A stretch of DNA of 64,000 nt from Candidatus Yanofskybacteria bacterium RIFCSPHIGHO2_01_FULL_43_32 (GCA_001794125.1 MGJF01000002.1:37751-101750), one strand, 5' to 3'. Positions 38,135 to 48,266 are shown, counted from the first letter of the stretch. Notes: generated from the sequence alone by a model not told the origin. Program-made: numbers and translations.

Positions 38135-39269
38135 ACGGGAATATTTGTTAATAGGTATTGTTGCGGCGGTGATGCTGGCTTACTTTATCATAGCTACGCC
38201 AGTTATGAACGACGATGGATTTCACTATGAAGGATTTGCTGAATCACTGGCTCACGGCAAATTGGACTTCAAATCGTTTTACGGGTTTCAAGGTCTTTCT
38301 TTTTTTGCCGTTCCTATATTTTGGCTGACCCGTTCTCACGATTCAATTATTATAATGTCGGCAATATTTTCCTTGTTTTCTGTTCTGTTGGCTTACTTTA
38401 TCGGGAAAGAATTTTACGGAAACCGCCGAGCCGGCATTTATTTTTTAATTTTATTTTTGCTGACGCCTTATCCTTATACGACCATGATGCGGGGATTTCA
38501 GGAGGCGGCGCTTCTGTTCTTTATTCTCCTGATAATATACGGGAGTTTGAATAAAAAATTGTGGACCCCTGTGACGTGGGCAGTTGGTGGAATCGTAAAG
38601 CCATTTGCCATGGTCCTCTTTCCTTTGTTTATCAAAGATTTTTGGAATAATCCGTTTAATAAAACTCATGGCAGGAAAATCATTTGGCCGATAGTTGCCA
38701 TAGTTATCGGCGGTGCTTATTTGGGTGCAAGTTATTATCAAACCGGACACTTGATTAATAACGCAGCAATAAATTCATATCAGGGGAACTTTGATACGGG
38801 TAATCCACCGCCTTTGGCAGAAAGCTTTACCGTCGGAATTAAGGGATATTTAAGAGTTGCCGCCAACCTTCTCCTGTCTTTTAGAAAAATAATGATTTCT
38901 CCATTGGTAATTGTATTGGGCTTCCTTTCCCTGCTGTTTAACAAGGACTTAAAATTAAGAAAAGAAATAATTTTGGCCATTATTCTTAATTTTATATTGG
39001 TTGGCAGTCTAACATTTTCTTTTTCTAAATATCTTCTACCGATGACGGCGTTATTTGCCTTGGCTTCGGTTAGCTATCTTCTAAAACATAAATGGCTGAT
39101 GATTTTTGTGTTTGTTGATTCGTTGTTTGTGTTTTTGCCGATTTGGAATTATTTTGGTCATAACTATTGGTCGAATATTTATTTATATTTAACCCCTTTT
39201 TGGTTAGCGGCGGCATTGTTTATATATGAGCGATTACTCGCAAAGCATAGTTTTAATACCAACTCTTAA
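38127..39269 (+). CDS. Polytopic GT-C-fold glycosyltransferase (PMT/ArnT-like)
   Basis: First TM helix followed by acidic NDDGFHY loop, about 10 TM helices; next to a polyprenol-P-sugar synthase. Confidence 0.6.
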   Translation: MAKREYLLIGIVAAVMLAYFIIATPVMNDDGFHYEGFAESLAHGKLDFKSFYGFQGLSFFAVPIFWLTRSHDSIIIMSAIFSLFSVLLAYFIGKEFYGNRRAGIYFLILFLLTPYPYTTMMRGFQEAALLFFILLIIYGSLNKKLWTPVTWAVGGIVKPFAMVLFPLFIKDFWNNPFNKTHGRKIIWPIVAIVIGGAYLGASYYQTGHLINNAAINSYQGNFDTGNPPPLAESFTVGIKGYLRVAANLLLSFRKIMISPLVIVLGFLSLLFNKDLKLRKEIILAIILNFILVGSLTFSFSKYLLPMTALFALASVSYLLKHKWLMIFVFVDSLFVFLPIWNYFGHNYWSNIYLYLTPFWLAAALFIYERLLAKHSFNTNS

Positions 39270-39936
39270 CGAGAGGGAGAATTTAAAAGATCTGATCCCT
39301 TCGATTTTTGGTTTAATGCCGGAGATTTCTGTTTTAGTCGTGGACGACAATTCTTCCGACGGTACGCGGGAATTGGTCGGGTTTATGAAGACAGGTTTTA
39401 AAAACCTTTTTCTTTTGGAAAGAAAAAATAACTTTGGTTATGGGCGTTCAAGCATCGACGGATTCAAGTGGATATTTGAAAGACCATATGACAATGTTGT
39501 GACAATGGACGCCGATTTTTCACATAATTTTAATGAAGTACCCGCCTTACTGGAAAAACTTAAAAACTCTGATGTTGCGATGGGCTCTCGGTATATAAGG
39601 GGAGGCGGAGTTAAAAATTGGAGTTTTTTCAGGAGAGTTTTAAGCAGGCTTGCTAATCTTTATGTAAAAATAATTTTAGGTCTTCCTGCTGCGGATGCTA
39701 CGTCTGGATTTAATGCTTACCGGGTGACTTCATTGAAAAAAATAAATTTAGACAAGATAGATTCAAACGGATACGCCTTCCTTGTGGAATTAAAATATCG
39801 GCTTTTCAGGGCTGGCTCTAAATTTATCGAACACCCAATTCTGTTCAGTGAGCGCAGGGAGGGGCAATCAAAAATGTCCGGCAAAATAATATGGGAATCA
39901 ATCAAGCTTCCTTGGAAACTGAAATTATTCAATTAG
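39226..39936 (+). CDS. Polyprenol monophosphomannose synthase-like GT2
   Basis: [32 protein letters not shown]. Confidence 0.85.
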   Translation: MSDYSQSIVLIPTLNERENLKDLIPSIFGLMPEISVLVVDDNSSDGTRELVGFMKTGFKNLFLLERKNNFGYGRSSIDGFKWIFERPYDNVVTMDADFSHNFNEVPALLEKLKNSDVAMGSRYIRGGGVKNWSFFRRVLSRLANLYVKIILGLPAADATSGFNAYRVTSLKKINLDKIDSNGYAFLVELKYRLFRAGSKFIEHPILFSERREGQSKMSGKIIWESIKLPWKLKLFN

Positions 39937-40467
39937 TATTGCCGCGGCGACCACGGTTGTCCAGAGGCCGTCTTTGTTGCCGATGGCTGATTGAGTGTAA
40001 TTTGTCGTCTTGAATATTTGTTCGGAGGCTTTGAATATTTGTTCTCTTTCGTCCCATGCGGTATCGGGGTCAAACTCTATGCCCAATGTGGTTGCCAGCA
40101 TTTGCGCGGCCAGGTCTTCCGCGTAATCGCCGGCTTTTTCATCTGTTTCCCCGAAAGGGTGGTGTTCCGACAGATAACCGTATTGATTCGGATCTTGCGG
40201 AATGGCAACGCCTATCGAAGCCGAAATCAACCTGTTCGGCTCATTGGTGGCATTGCGGGCGATGACGGCGTGAACCACCGAACCCGGCGGCAGTAATTTA
40301 ATTCCTTCTTCGCGGGTTATTTTTTTAACATTCGGCGGGTAGATGCTGGATACCGCAACTAAATTGTACGGCGCGACTCCGGCGGCGCGCAACGCCAGCT
40401 CGAAAGAAGTTAAATATTCTTTGTGCGTTCCCGAACCTTTGGTGAAAAATATTTTTGTCGGCAGCAT
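39925..40467 (-). CDS. pdaD: Pyruvoyl-dependent arginine decarboxylase
   Basis: [16 protein letters not shown] self-cleavage site, [15 protein letters not shown]. Confidence 0.88.
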   Translation of the reverse strand: MLPTKIFFTKGSGTHKEYLTSFELALRAAGVAPYNLVAVSSIYPPNVKKITREEGIKLLPPGSVVHAVIARNATNEPNRLISASIGVAIPQDPNQYGYLSEHHPFGETDEKAGDYAEDLAAQMLATTLGIEFDPDTAWDEREQIFKASEQIFKTTNYTQSAIGNKDGLWTTVVAAAILIE

Positions 40468-40520
40468 AATTTAATTTTACAACAAAAAAATATTTTTTAA
40501 ATATTTTTTTGTTGATAACT

Positions 40521-40553
40521 AAAATAAAACCGCATTGAATGCGATTTTATTTT
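40521..40553 (-). terminator. Probable intrinsic terminator
   Basis: aaaataaaaccgcatt-g-aatgcgattttatttt inverted repeat downstream of the minus-strand sugar transferase. Confidence 0.55.
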
Positions 40554-40573
40554 GAGATAATTTTTTAAAAAAA

Positions 40574-41887
40574 TTATTTTCCCGACCTCTGAAACATAAT
40601 CCTGATAGTTTTGAGAGCAATTCCAATATCCAAGATCAAAGAGCGGTTTTTGATATAGTACAGATCGTATTTTAATTTTTCGGCCGCATCGGCCACGGAA
40701 GAACCGTAGCGGAAATTTATCTGGGCCCAGCCGGACAGCCCCGGTTTTATCAGATATCTTTCTTCATAGAACGGAACTGTTTTTAATTGTTCATTAAACT
40801 CCGGCCGCTCTGCCCGCGGTCCGATAAATGCCATCTGTCCTTTGAGGATGTTCCATAATTGGGGCAACTCATCTATTCTTGTTTTACGCATAAATCCGCC
40901 CGCTTTGGTTATTCTGGGGTCGTTGTTTGAGGCCCAAATCGCGCCGGTGTTTTTCTCGGCGTCTTTATTCATCGTTCTGAATTTAATAATTTCAAAAGTT
41001 TTACCAAGCTGGCCGACCCTTTTCTGTTTGTAAAAAACCGGTCCTTCCGAAGTCATTTTGATCAAAAAAACGATAAAAGGATAAAACAGCAAGCTGAACA
41101 GGCCCAGAACAACGGCGAAAACCAAGTCGCTGACGCGTTTGGCCATTTCGTATGCTCTTTTGTTTCCTTCGTTCAGATTTTCCAGAAACCAAATCTGGTT
41201 GATTGCCCCTAAAGGAACCATACCCGTCAGGCGTTCGTAAAAAGAAGCAAGGTTTACGAAACCAACCTTTTGCTCAAGAGACTTGTAAAAGATGTCTATT
41301 ATTTCAGGAACCTGATATGCTTCCGGGCTTAAAACGATTGTGTCTATTTTTTCTTCTTTAATTACCATGTCAATGTGCTTTAGTTTGTCCGAAGCTATGT
41401 CTATGACGGACTTAATCTCATAACCTAACTGGGGATTTTCTTTTATGAACAGATCAAGTTCAAGGGACTGATTATTCGTCCCCACGATGAGTATTGATTT
41501 CTTGAAACCTTTTTGCAGAATATTATTGGAAACAGAACGGCTAAGAAATTCCAGTCCCGTAAAAACAGCCACAAAAATCAACAGATTTGTTTTCGGCGTA
41601 ATTCCATACAGGGGAATTACATAGAAAAACAACACGGAAATTGCGGCGGCTATGATAATTGCCCGGAAAAGCGCCGAATAAAAATGGATATTGTTTCTTA
41701 GCAGCTTTGGTTCGTAGAGATTAGCAATATAAAAAACTAAAAGCCAGGAAATGAAAATCAAAGAAAACGGGTATAAGTGTACCGTATATTTCTCATAGAG
41801 ATTGTCGGGATACCGGATTAGAAGAGTCAATACCAGGGAAAAATAAAGAATCGTAATATCCGAGAAGAAAATTAAGAATTTTTTCAC
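40574..41887 (-). CDS. Polyprenyl-phosphate hexose-1-phosphate transferase (WbaP/WcaJ-like)
   Basis: N-terminal TM helices, KFRTM, DPRIT, RIDELPQ, GPRAE, KPGLSGWAQ; GTG 6 nt after TATAAT. Confidence 0.88.
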   Translation of the reverse strand: MKKFLIFFSDITILYFSLVLTLLIRYPDNLYEKYTVHLYPFSLIFISWLLVFYIANLYEPKLLRNNIHFYSALFRAIIIAAAISVLFFYVIPLYGITPKTNLLIFVAVFTGLEFLSRSVSNNILQKGFKKSILIVGTNNQSLELDLFIKENPQLGYEIKSVIDIASDKLKHIDMVIKEEKIDTIVLSPEAYQVPEIIDIFYKSLEQKVGFVNLASFYERLTGMVPLGAINQIWFLENLNEGNKRAYEMAKRVSDLVFAVVLGLFSLLFYPFIVFLIKMTSEGPVFYKQKRVGQLGKTFEIIKFRTMNKDAEKNTGAIWASNNDPRITKAGGFMRKTRIDELPQLWNILKGQMAFIGPRAERPEFNEQLKTVPFYEERYLIKPGLSGWAQINFRYGSSVADAAEKLKYDLYYIKNRSLILDIGIALKTIRIMFQRSGK

Positions 41888-41965
41888 CCTCTGATTATAC
41901 CAAATTTGCAATAAAAATCAACCCTGATATAATTTGTCCAGCAAAGAAATAGAGAAGGAATTTCG

Positions 41966-42928
41966 GTGGCTGAAACGGTCAGAAACTTAACAATCGGGGT
42001 AATTGGTGTTGGAATGGTCGGTGAGCCGATAAGGTGGTGGTTTGAAGAAAAAAGAGGATTAAAACGTAATCTTGAACTGTTTTGTTATGACACAGATCCG
42101 GCAAGGGGCTATTTTGATGATTACAACAAAGCAGATATAATCTTCGTTTCTGTTCCTACTCCGCCTAATCCGAATGGCAGTTGTAACACCTCCATAGTTA
42201 AGAGTGTAGTCGGGTCCATTCAAGGAGAAAAAATAATCGTTATTAAGTCAACGGTGCCTCCGGGAACTACCGAAGGTCTTCAAAAGGGATTTCCTCAACA
42301 TAAATTTTTATTTAATCCCGAGTTTCTTACGGAGTCTCAAGCACGAGAAGATTTTTTGAAACCGGTTAGGCAGATAGTCGGTTATACAGAGAAAAGTCGG
42401 GATGTTGCTTTGGCGGTTTTAAATCTTTTGCCGGCATCGTATTATCAAAGCCCCTGGATGGCTTCTACTTATACAATTAGGAGACATACGGCAACCGAGG
42501 CGGAAATGATAAAATATGCTTCAAATGTATTCGGAGCTATCAAAGTTAGTTTTGGAAATATGATCTGCGACATATGTAATGGCCTCGAATCTTCTGAAGG
42601 ACTGGATATTAATTACGAAAACGTTAGGGATGCTCTTGGTGCTGATCCTCGGATAGGCCCGGCTTGGCTAGACATCAATCACGGTTCATACCGTGGATTT
42701 GGCGGCTACTGTTTTCCGAAAGATTTAAGAGCCTTTACCGTATTTGTTTCTGAGTTAACAAAAAAGATTAGCCAACCAATGACGGATAGGATGGCGAAGA
42801 TTATAGATCTTTTTATGACCGTATGTAACTATAATTACCATCTTCTTTTGGATCAAAGATTGACCATTAAAGATGTTTCTATGCACGATAAGGAAATTAT
42901 ATTGACCAAAAGAAAGGCCATTAAATAA
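41966..42928 (+). CDS. UDP-glucose/GDP-mannose dehydrogenase family (short form)
   Basis: GVGMVG, SVPTP, KSTVPPG, NPEFL, GFGGYCFPKD. Confidence 0.85.
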   Translation: MAETVRNLTIGVIGVGMVGEPIRWWFEEKRGLKRNLELFCYDTDPARGYFDDYNKADIIFVSVPTPPNPNGSCNTSIVKSVVGSIQGEKIIVIKSTVPPGTTEGLQKGFPQHKFLFNPEFLTESQAREDFLKPVRQIVGYTEKSRDVALAVLNLLPASYYQSPWMASTYTIRRHTATEAEMIKYASNVFGAIKVSFGNMICDICNGLESSEGLDINYENVRDALGADPRIGPAWLDINHGSYRGFGGYCFPKDLRAFTVFVSELTKKISQPMTDRMAKIIDLFMTVCNYNYHLLLDQRLTIKDVSMHDKEIILTKRKAIK

Positions 42929-42949
42929 TCCCACTAAGACGGGATTTTT
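42927..42949 (+). terminator. Intrinsic terminator
   Basis: aatccc-N8-gggattttt. Confidence 0.6.
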
Positions 42950-42994
42950 ATTGTCTTTTGTTCTAAAAATTGCTAAAATTTTAGCGTAGTATAA

Positions 42995-44671
42995 ATGTCG
43001 GTCTATATAAAATTTGTGAAATCCAGGATTTATAAAAACATAGTTATTATCAGTGTATTGTTGGCATCTTTTTTTATTTCAACTACTAACGTCTCGGCTG
43101 ATACCATAGGCCAGTCCGTGATTTTCAACGTTAACTCCAAGTATGACCAGTTTTCCAGAACGAGTTTGAGCGCTACGCTTAGGCAAACATCGGAACACGC
43201 CTACTTTTATGTGGAGGACAGATATTGGAACAATTTAAATCTAAACGAAAGAGTCATTCTCAACAACAACATATCTGCTCTGGGTCAGGAATTTGAAAAC
43301 AATATTTATCCGAAAGAAACTCAATTCTGGGGTTCGGAGCCGAATCCGGGAATAGATGATGACCCAAAGATCACTATTGTTCTGGAAAGTTTGGTTTCCG
43401 GAAACGGCGGTTATTTTGACACGACCAACGAGTATCCTAAAAAAATTGCCGCCAATTCAAACGAACGGGAGATGATATTTATAAGCGTCCAGGCCGGCAG
43501 TTTCGCTAAAATTTTTTTAGGGCATGAATTTCAGCACCTTATCTCCTATAATCAAAAAGAAATTTTAAGAAAAGTTCAGGAAGATGTTTGGCTTAACGAA
43601 TTAAGATCGGAGTATTCAGTTTCTTTGCTTGGTTATAATGACAATTTTTACGGCTCAAGTTTGGATAGACGGGTAAGCACGTTTTTAGAAAACTCCTCCG
43701 ACAGTTTGACCGAGTGGCCTAATGTTTCCACTGATTATGCTCAAGTAGTTCTTTTCGGGCAGTATTTATTGGAACAATTCGGTCAGTCAATATTTAAAGA
43801 AACCCTCCAAAGTCCGACGGTTGGCATTGATTCAATAAATAAATTTCTTCAGGAACATAATTATCAAGAAAAGTTTTCAAATGTCTTTGAAAACTGGACA
43901 GTTGCCGGTTATTTAAACAATGTTTTCCCGGATACGCGCTATGGCTACCAAAGAAACGAGTTAAAAAATATTCATGTAATTCCCGAACAATCATTTTTAT
44001 CCCATCCTTCCCCACACACATTCAATTACAGCTTAAAGTCCTGGCAGGCGAATTGGCACAAATACAACCTTTCTTCTCTGCCTTCCGATAAAGCGGTAAA
44101 AATAAATTATAACCCCGATTACTTGTTTCGGGTTTTGTATGCGGATAACTTGGGGCGGATCGGCGTTTTGAACAATCCGGGATATATCACAAACCCGGGC
44201 GGGTTGAGTTCTGTCGTTTTGATGCCCGTCAATGAAATCGAAACTTCGGATTTTGGCAGCGAAGAAACTCCGAGAACAATCTCTTTGGGCATAAGTTACG
44301 TGGATAATGCATCAGCGCAGCCCGTTGCCGATGGCGCATTGATAAAAAGGCCCGGCGAAGCGGAGGTTTATGTCGTTGAAGGAAAATACAAGAGATATCT
44401 AAGGCCGGAAATTGTTCAATTATATGGCCAGTTAGATTCGTCAAAAGCAATTGAACTTGAAGATAAAACATTTAACTCATATACAACCGCTAATTATGTC
44501 AGGGGTGTGAATGATAAAAAAGTTTATGCCGTTTGGCCGGATGGGACCAAGCACTGGCTTAATATGACGGGGGACTATTTTACTCGATCGGGACGGGATT
44601 GGGGCGCGATATTTATTATTAATGAATCAGAGCTCGGTGCATATAAAACAGGATCAGAAATTACAAAATAG
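42995..44671 (+). CDS. Exported zinc-metalloprotease-like surface protein with C-terminal repeats
   Basis: Signal peptide ending VSA; GGYFD, HEFQH and WLNE zincin motifs; C-terminal EVYVV/KVYAV repeats. Confidence 0.65.
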   Translation: MSVYIKFVKSRIYKNIVIISVLLASFFISTTNVSADTIGQSVIFNVNSKYDQFSRTSLSATLRQTSEHAYFYVEDRYWNNLNLNERVILNNNISALGQEFENNIYPKETQFWGSEPNPGIDDDPKITIVLESLVSGNGGYFDTTNEYPKKIAANSNEREMIFISVQAGSFAKIFLGHEFQHLISYNQKEILRKVQEDVWLNELRSEYSVSLLGYNDNFYGSSLDRRVSTFLENSSDSLTEWPNVSTDYAQVVLFGQYLLEQFGQSIFKETLQSPTVGIDSINKFLQEHNYQEKFSNVFENWTVAGYLNNVFPDTRYGYQRNELKNIHVIPEQSFLSHPSPHTFNYSLKSWQANWHKYNLSSLPSDKAVKINYNPDYLFRVLYADNLGRIGVLNNPGYITNPGGLSSVVLMPVNEIETSDFGSEETPRTISLGISYVDNASAQPVADGALIKRPGEAEVYVVEGKYKRYLRPEIVQLYGQLDSSKAIELEDKTFNSYTTANYVRGVNDKKVYAVWPDGTKHWLNMTGDYFTRSGRDWGAIFIINESELGAYKTGSEITK

Positions 44672-44733
44672 GATTAATTTTTTGGGATCTGGTCAAGACT
44701 TGCAAACTTATTTTCTTGTGCCATTATGGCCAG

Positions 44734-45396
44734 ATGAAAAGGCCCTCTGTTTACCTAATAGAATCAAGCAGTCGTCAAGATTTGGCTCAAATGTTTATGC
44801 GCTTCCAGGAGTATTATGAGTCTCCTGAATTCAAGGGAAAAACCTTTTCTATCGATGAATTTGTCCATTGGTACACTCAGAAGCATAAAGCCTTCACATA
44901 CACTCGCGACTGGTACGGCTTTAATATCCCAGCTTCTGTCCTCCAGCCATTCCGAGACGGCCAATTTGACCCGCTTACGACCAAAGAACGCAATTTGCTT
45001 AAATTGTGTGAAAAGGCAGACACAAATTCATATATTATAGGTGTAACTCCAAGTGCCGAGTATTTTAAGGAAACCGTTAAGCATGAATTTGTTCATGGGG
45101 CGTTTCATGTCGATCGTTTTTATAGAGATGAGGTTAAGGCGTGCCTTTTGAATAATAACGTAAAAGAGATTGTCACAGGATTAAAGAAGATGGGTTATCA
45201 CGAAGATGTTTTTGCGGACGAGGCAAACGCTTATGTGCTTATAGAACCCGAAACTATTCAGGAATTTGCATCAATTTCCAATACAAAGCGTCTTAGAGAA
45301 GATTTGAGAACAATTTTTCAGAAGCATTTCGGCTTTTCAATTCTCGACATAAAAGTCCAGGAACTGCTTGGGCGAGTGGAGCATGTTTTAATATAA
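44734..45396 (+). CDS. Hypothetical protein with an HExxH motif
   Basis: FQEYYESP, HEFVH, DEANAY; ATG 6 nt after CATTAT. Confidence 0.6.
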   Translation: MKRPSVYLIESSSRQDLAQMFMRFQEYYESPEFKGKTFSIDEFVHWYTQKHKAFTYTRDWYGFNIPASVLQPFRDGQFDPLTTKERNLLKLCEKADTNSYIIGVTPSAEYFKETVKHEFVHGAFHVDRFYRDEVKACLLNNNVKEIVTGLKKMGYHEDVFADEANAYVLIEPETIQEFASISNTKRLREDLRTIFQKHFGFSILDIKVQELLGRVEHVLI

Positions 45397-46722
45397 ATAG
45401 CCCCAAGTTTGCAGCTTATCGCTGTCTTCTGACCACGTAGCGCCGATATCGGTTCGATAAAACATATTTACCAGCATAATATTTTCTATTCTCAAATATG
45501 CTTGTTTTCTCGCCTCTTCCATGGTTGAGCCGCTTCCTGTGACGATGAGCACATATGCGCTTTCCCCGGCGACTCTCCATACTCCGTCGGTTATTTTTAC
45601 GTCACCCAAATGGACGCCCTCGGTGTTCTGTTTTTTAAAAAGTATGGAAAGGTCTTTGTATATTTCAAATTCGGACTTATCTTCAGATGGAAATGGCGGA
45701 ACAACGCAAACCACTCCTACCTGGAACCCCTTTTTTGTTTTTAGGTCATAGTCTTCCTTGTGAGCCAATGCGTAAAAGAACTCTCCCCATTCCGAAAGCA
45801 CCCCCTCTTGCTGAATATTAATCGTCGGATATCCGAACCGGCAGGTAAATTCGAGAGGATAGATACCGCGTCCGTTGACGATACAGTTAATGTCTATATA
45901 TCCCACATACCCCGACTTATGAAGGTCTTCTTCCATCTTTCCCGTAGTTTCACCGAACAATTTATTGGATTCGCACCAGAACATTGAAGTACCCATCTCA
46001 CCGGTCATTGGTCCCAATTCGCCGGGAAATAATCTTTTGTGTTCAAAAGCTATCAGGATCGGGGTAATGAATTTATTGCCGTTGAAAAATGCCGATGCGC
46101 CGACCTCAACGCCCGAAACGAATTTTTGAAGCTGGAATTGTTTAATTTTTTTGCTGATTATTTTTTTATTTTGCTCGAGAATCTCATAAAGATCGCGTCC
46201 GTCTTCTTCTTTTCCCGCAAACAACAAACCTCTCCATTCGCCGGGAACAAATCCGGAAGGTTTGTAGACATATCTTCCGGGATTTTCTTTTATGAATTGC
46301 AGGGCTTTATCATAATCATCAAAATCCCACGATGGAAGAGTCAGCATTCCCAAACGCTTCATCTCGGCCTGGCCGAATTCGCGGTCATCTTCAAGCCTGT
46401 CGGTATATTCGCTTCCGCCTATCACGGCTTTGCCTTCTTTTCTTAGCGCATCGGCTTCTTTACCGAAACCCACATCGTCAAAAATCACAACATCCGCCCA
46501 TTTAACGTGGTCTTTCCAATCGCTGACTTTTTCAATAAAGCCATCATATTCATCCGCTACATCTTTGATGCAGCATTTTACTTTATGGCCTTCGTTTTGT
46601 ATTTTCCATGCTAAGTCGCCGGAGAGCGCTTCCCACGATACAAATAAAAATTTATATTTCTTGCCCTGAACTTGTTGAAGGGTTTTTTCTCCGTTGTGGC
46701 CGTTGCCGTTTCCGTTTGCCAT
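45388..46722 (-). CDS. Phosphoribosylamine-glycine ligase-like (PurD-like) ATP-grasp enzyme
   Basis: EHKRLFPGELGPMTGEMG, LEFTCRFGYP, YRTDIG; lacks the canonical GSGGREHA N-terminus. Confidence 0.75.
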   Translation of the reverse strand: MANGNGNGHNGEKTLQQVQGKKYKFLFVSWEALSGDLAWKIQNEGHKVKCCIKDVADEYDGFIEKVSDWKDHVKWADVVIFDDVGFGKEADALRKEGKAVIGGSEYTDRLEDDREFGQAEMKRLGMLTLPSWDFDDYDKALQFIKENPGRYVYKPSGFVPGEWRGLLFAGKEEDGRDLYEILEQNKKIISKKIKQFQLQKFVSGVEVGASAFFNGNKFITPILIAFEHKRLFPGELGPMTGEMGTSMFWCESNKLFGETTGKMEEDLHKSGYVGYIDINCIVNGRGIYPLEFTCRFGYPTINIQQEGVLSEWGEFFYALAHKEDYDLKTKKGFQVGVVCVVPPFPSEDKSEFEIYKDLSILFKKQNTEGVHLGDVKITDGVWRVAGESAYVLIVTGSGSTMEEARKQAYLRIENIMLVNMFYRTDIGATWSEDSDKLQTWGYLY

Positions 46723-46814
46723 TTTCTAATTTAAATTTACGCCTTAAATAAAATCTATACAAGAAATTTTGTGCATAAGTTGAATTAAAAAATAATTAGT
46801 TGTATAGTTTTATT

Positions 46815-47144
46815 ATGAAAATAGATATTTCTACAAAAAACATGACTCTGGACGAACCGCTCCGAATTTTTATAGAAGATAAAATAGGCGGATTGGACCA
46901 TTTGATAGGCAACGACAAGGGGCAGGCGAAAGTTGAGGTGGGAATGCCGTCCAAACATCACCGTTCAGGGGATATTTTTTCCGCCGAGGTTAACCTGTCT
47001 CTTGGGGGCAAATTATTAAGAGCAACCTGCACTCATGAAGATCTTCGCAATGCCATTACCGATGTCAAAGACGAACTCCAAGTCCAGATAAAAAAGTTCA
47101 AAGAAAAAACGACCGAGCGAAGAGCGAGGAAGTACCGAGCGTAG
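46815..47144 (+). CDS. hpf: Ribosome hibernation promoting factor (short HPF/RaiA)
   Basis: MKIDISTKN, FSAEVNL, DLRNAITDVKDELQVQIKK; TTGAAT-N17-TATAGT 6 nt before ATG. Confidence 0.85.
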   Translation: MKIDISTKNMTLDEPLRIFIEDKIGGLDHLIGNDKGQAKVEVGMPSKHHRSGDIFSAEVNLSLGGKLLRATCTHEDLRNAITDVKDELQVQIKKFKEKTTERRARKYRA

Positions 47145-47318
47145 AAACGCGAATGCAGAACAGATCTGGCAAGGCAGCCTAAAGAATAGCTGACACAACC
47201 TCCATGCATGCTGCGGAGCATACTTTTCTAAAATACTACTGATTTTATAAAAGCATGCTCCCTCCGCCGGTTGTTTTGGTTGTGTATAATGTTTGGCAAT
47301 AGAGGTTCAAATTTTTTA

Positions 47319-47942
47319 ATGAAAAATCTTAAAGATGCAATTATTGTTCTTGGTGGCGGAATAGAGCCAGATGGCTCATTGCCGGACATACCAAAACTTA
47401 GAATAACTAAAGGCATTGAGCTACTGAATAATGGAGTTGCTCTAAGAATTATCATGTCTGGGAAATGGGGATTTTGGCTTGAGAAATAACCAGCCAGAAC
47501 CGAAGCCGAAGCAATGAGGGAATACGCTGTTGGTTTAGGCACTTCAGCAGACGCTATTCTTAAAGAGGACGTTTCAAAAGACACAATTGGCAACGCATAC
47601 TTCTGTAAACTGAATTTTTTAGAACCTAACGATTGGCACAATATTGTTATTGTAACTTCGGATTACCACATACCAAGAACTCGCTATATTTTTGAGAAAG
47701 TTTTAGGAAGTGGTTACACAATTGAATTTGCGTCAGTAGGAAGCAAGCTATCGCCCGAAGAATTTGCTGCTAAAATTAATAAAGAAAATAAGACCACAGA
47801 GTTTCTAAAAAAGTGGTTTGACTCAATAAGTCCAGGAGATACCAAAGCCATTAAAGAACTGATGTATGCCAAACATCCAGGTTATACTGAAAATCCAGAA
47901 GTAACCAAGGAGCAATTATTAAAAATGTTAGGCAGAAGTTAA
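47319..47942 (+). pseudogene. YdcF/DUF218 family gene interrupted by an in-frame TAA
   Basis: IIVLGGG...IMSG then TAA at 47487-47489; the same frame continues PARTEAEAM...EDVSKDTIGNA, VTSDYHIPR. Confidence 0.75.
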
Positions 47943-47969
47943 GCGCAGCCCCATCGTTTTTATGTCACT

Positions 47970-47997
47970 TTGACGAGGCGAGGTTGATAAGTAGTTT
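47970..47997 (+). promoter_or_regulatory. Sigma70-like promoter directly upstream of the long hairpin
   Basis: TTGACG-N16-TAGTTT; predicted start near 48004. Confidence 0.5.
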
Positions 47998-48005
47998 AGC
48001 GAAAG

Positions 48006-48218
48006 GCCTTGCCTGATTTTCTCACTTATGACGAATGGTTGGCAGTGTCTGTGAGCGACGCTATTTTTCTGGGAAACCGAGCCGGAGGTGGCAGGAACGG
48101 GCTCGCTCAAAGAGCGAACCGCATGGCCTGACGGAGGTGGCTCCGGGCGGTCAGAAAAATTAGAAGCGAGCAGATACACTGCCCCATGAGGAGTCCGGTG
48201 AGGAAAATCAGGTGAGGC
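48006..48218 (+). ncRNA. Candidate structured ncRNA, a long nested hairpin (6S-like or novel)
   Basis: Pairings 48006-48025/48198-48218, 48041-48051/48171-48183 and 48059-48072/48151-48168; G-U pairs work on the plus strand. Confidence 0.55.
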
Positions 48219-48266
48219 ATGGAGCGTCTTTATTTTTGCTCAAAACCGTGCTAAAATGGCGGGATA

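Noticed and set aside
47928-48179. 83-aa minus-strand ORF over the hairpin region
   Set aside because: No protein features; better explained by the plus-strand RNA structure
48006-48218. Hairpin as SRP RNA, RNase P RNA or tRNA
   Set aside because: No SRP GNRA/AGCAG domain IV arrangement; gaggagtccgg only partly resembles the RNase P GAGGAAAGUCC and lies at the wrong end; no cloverleaf
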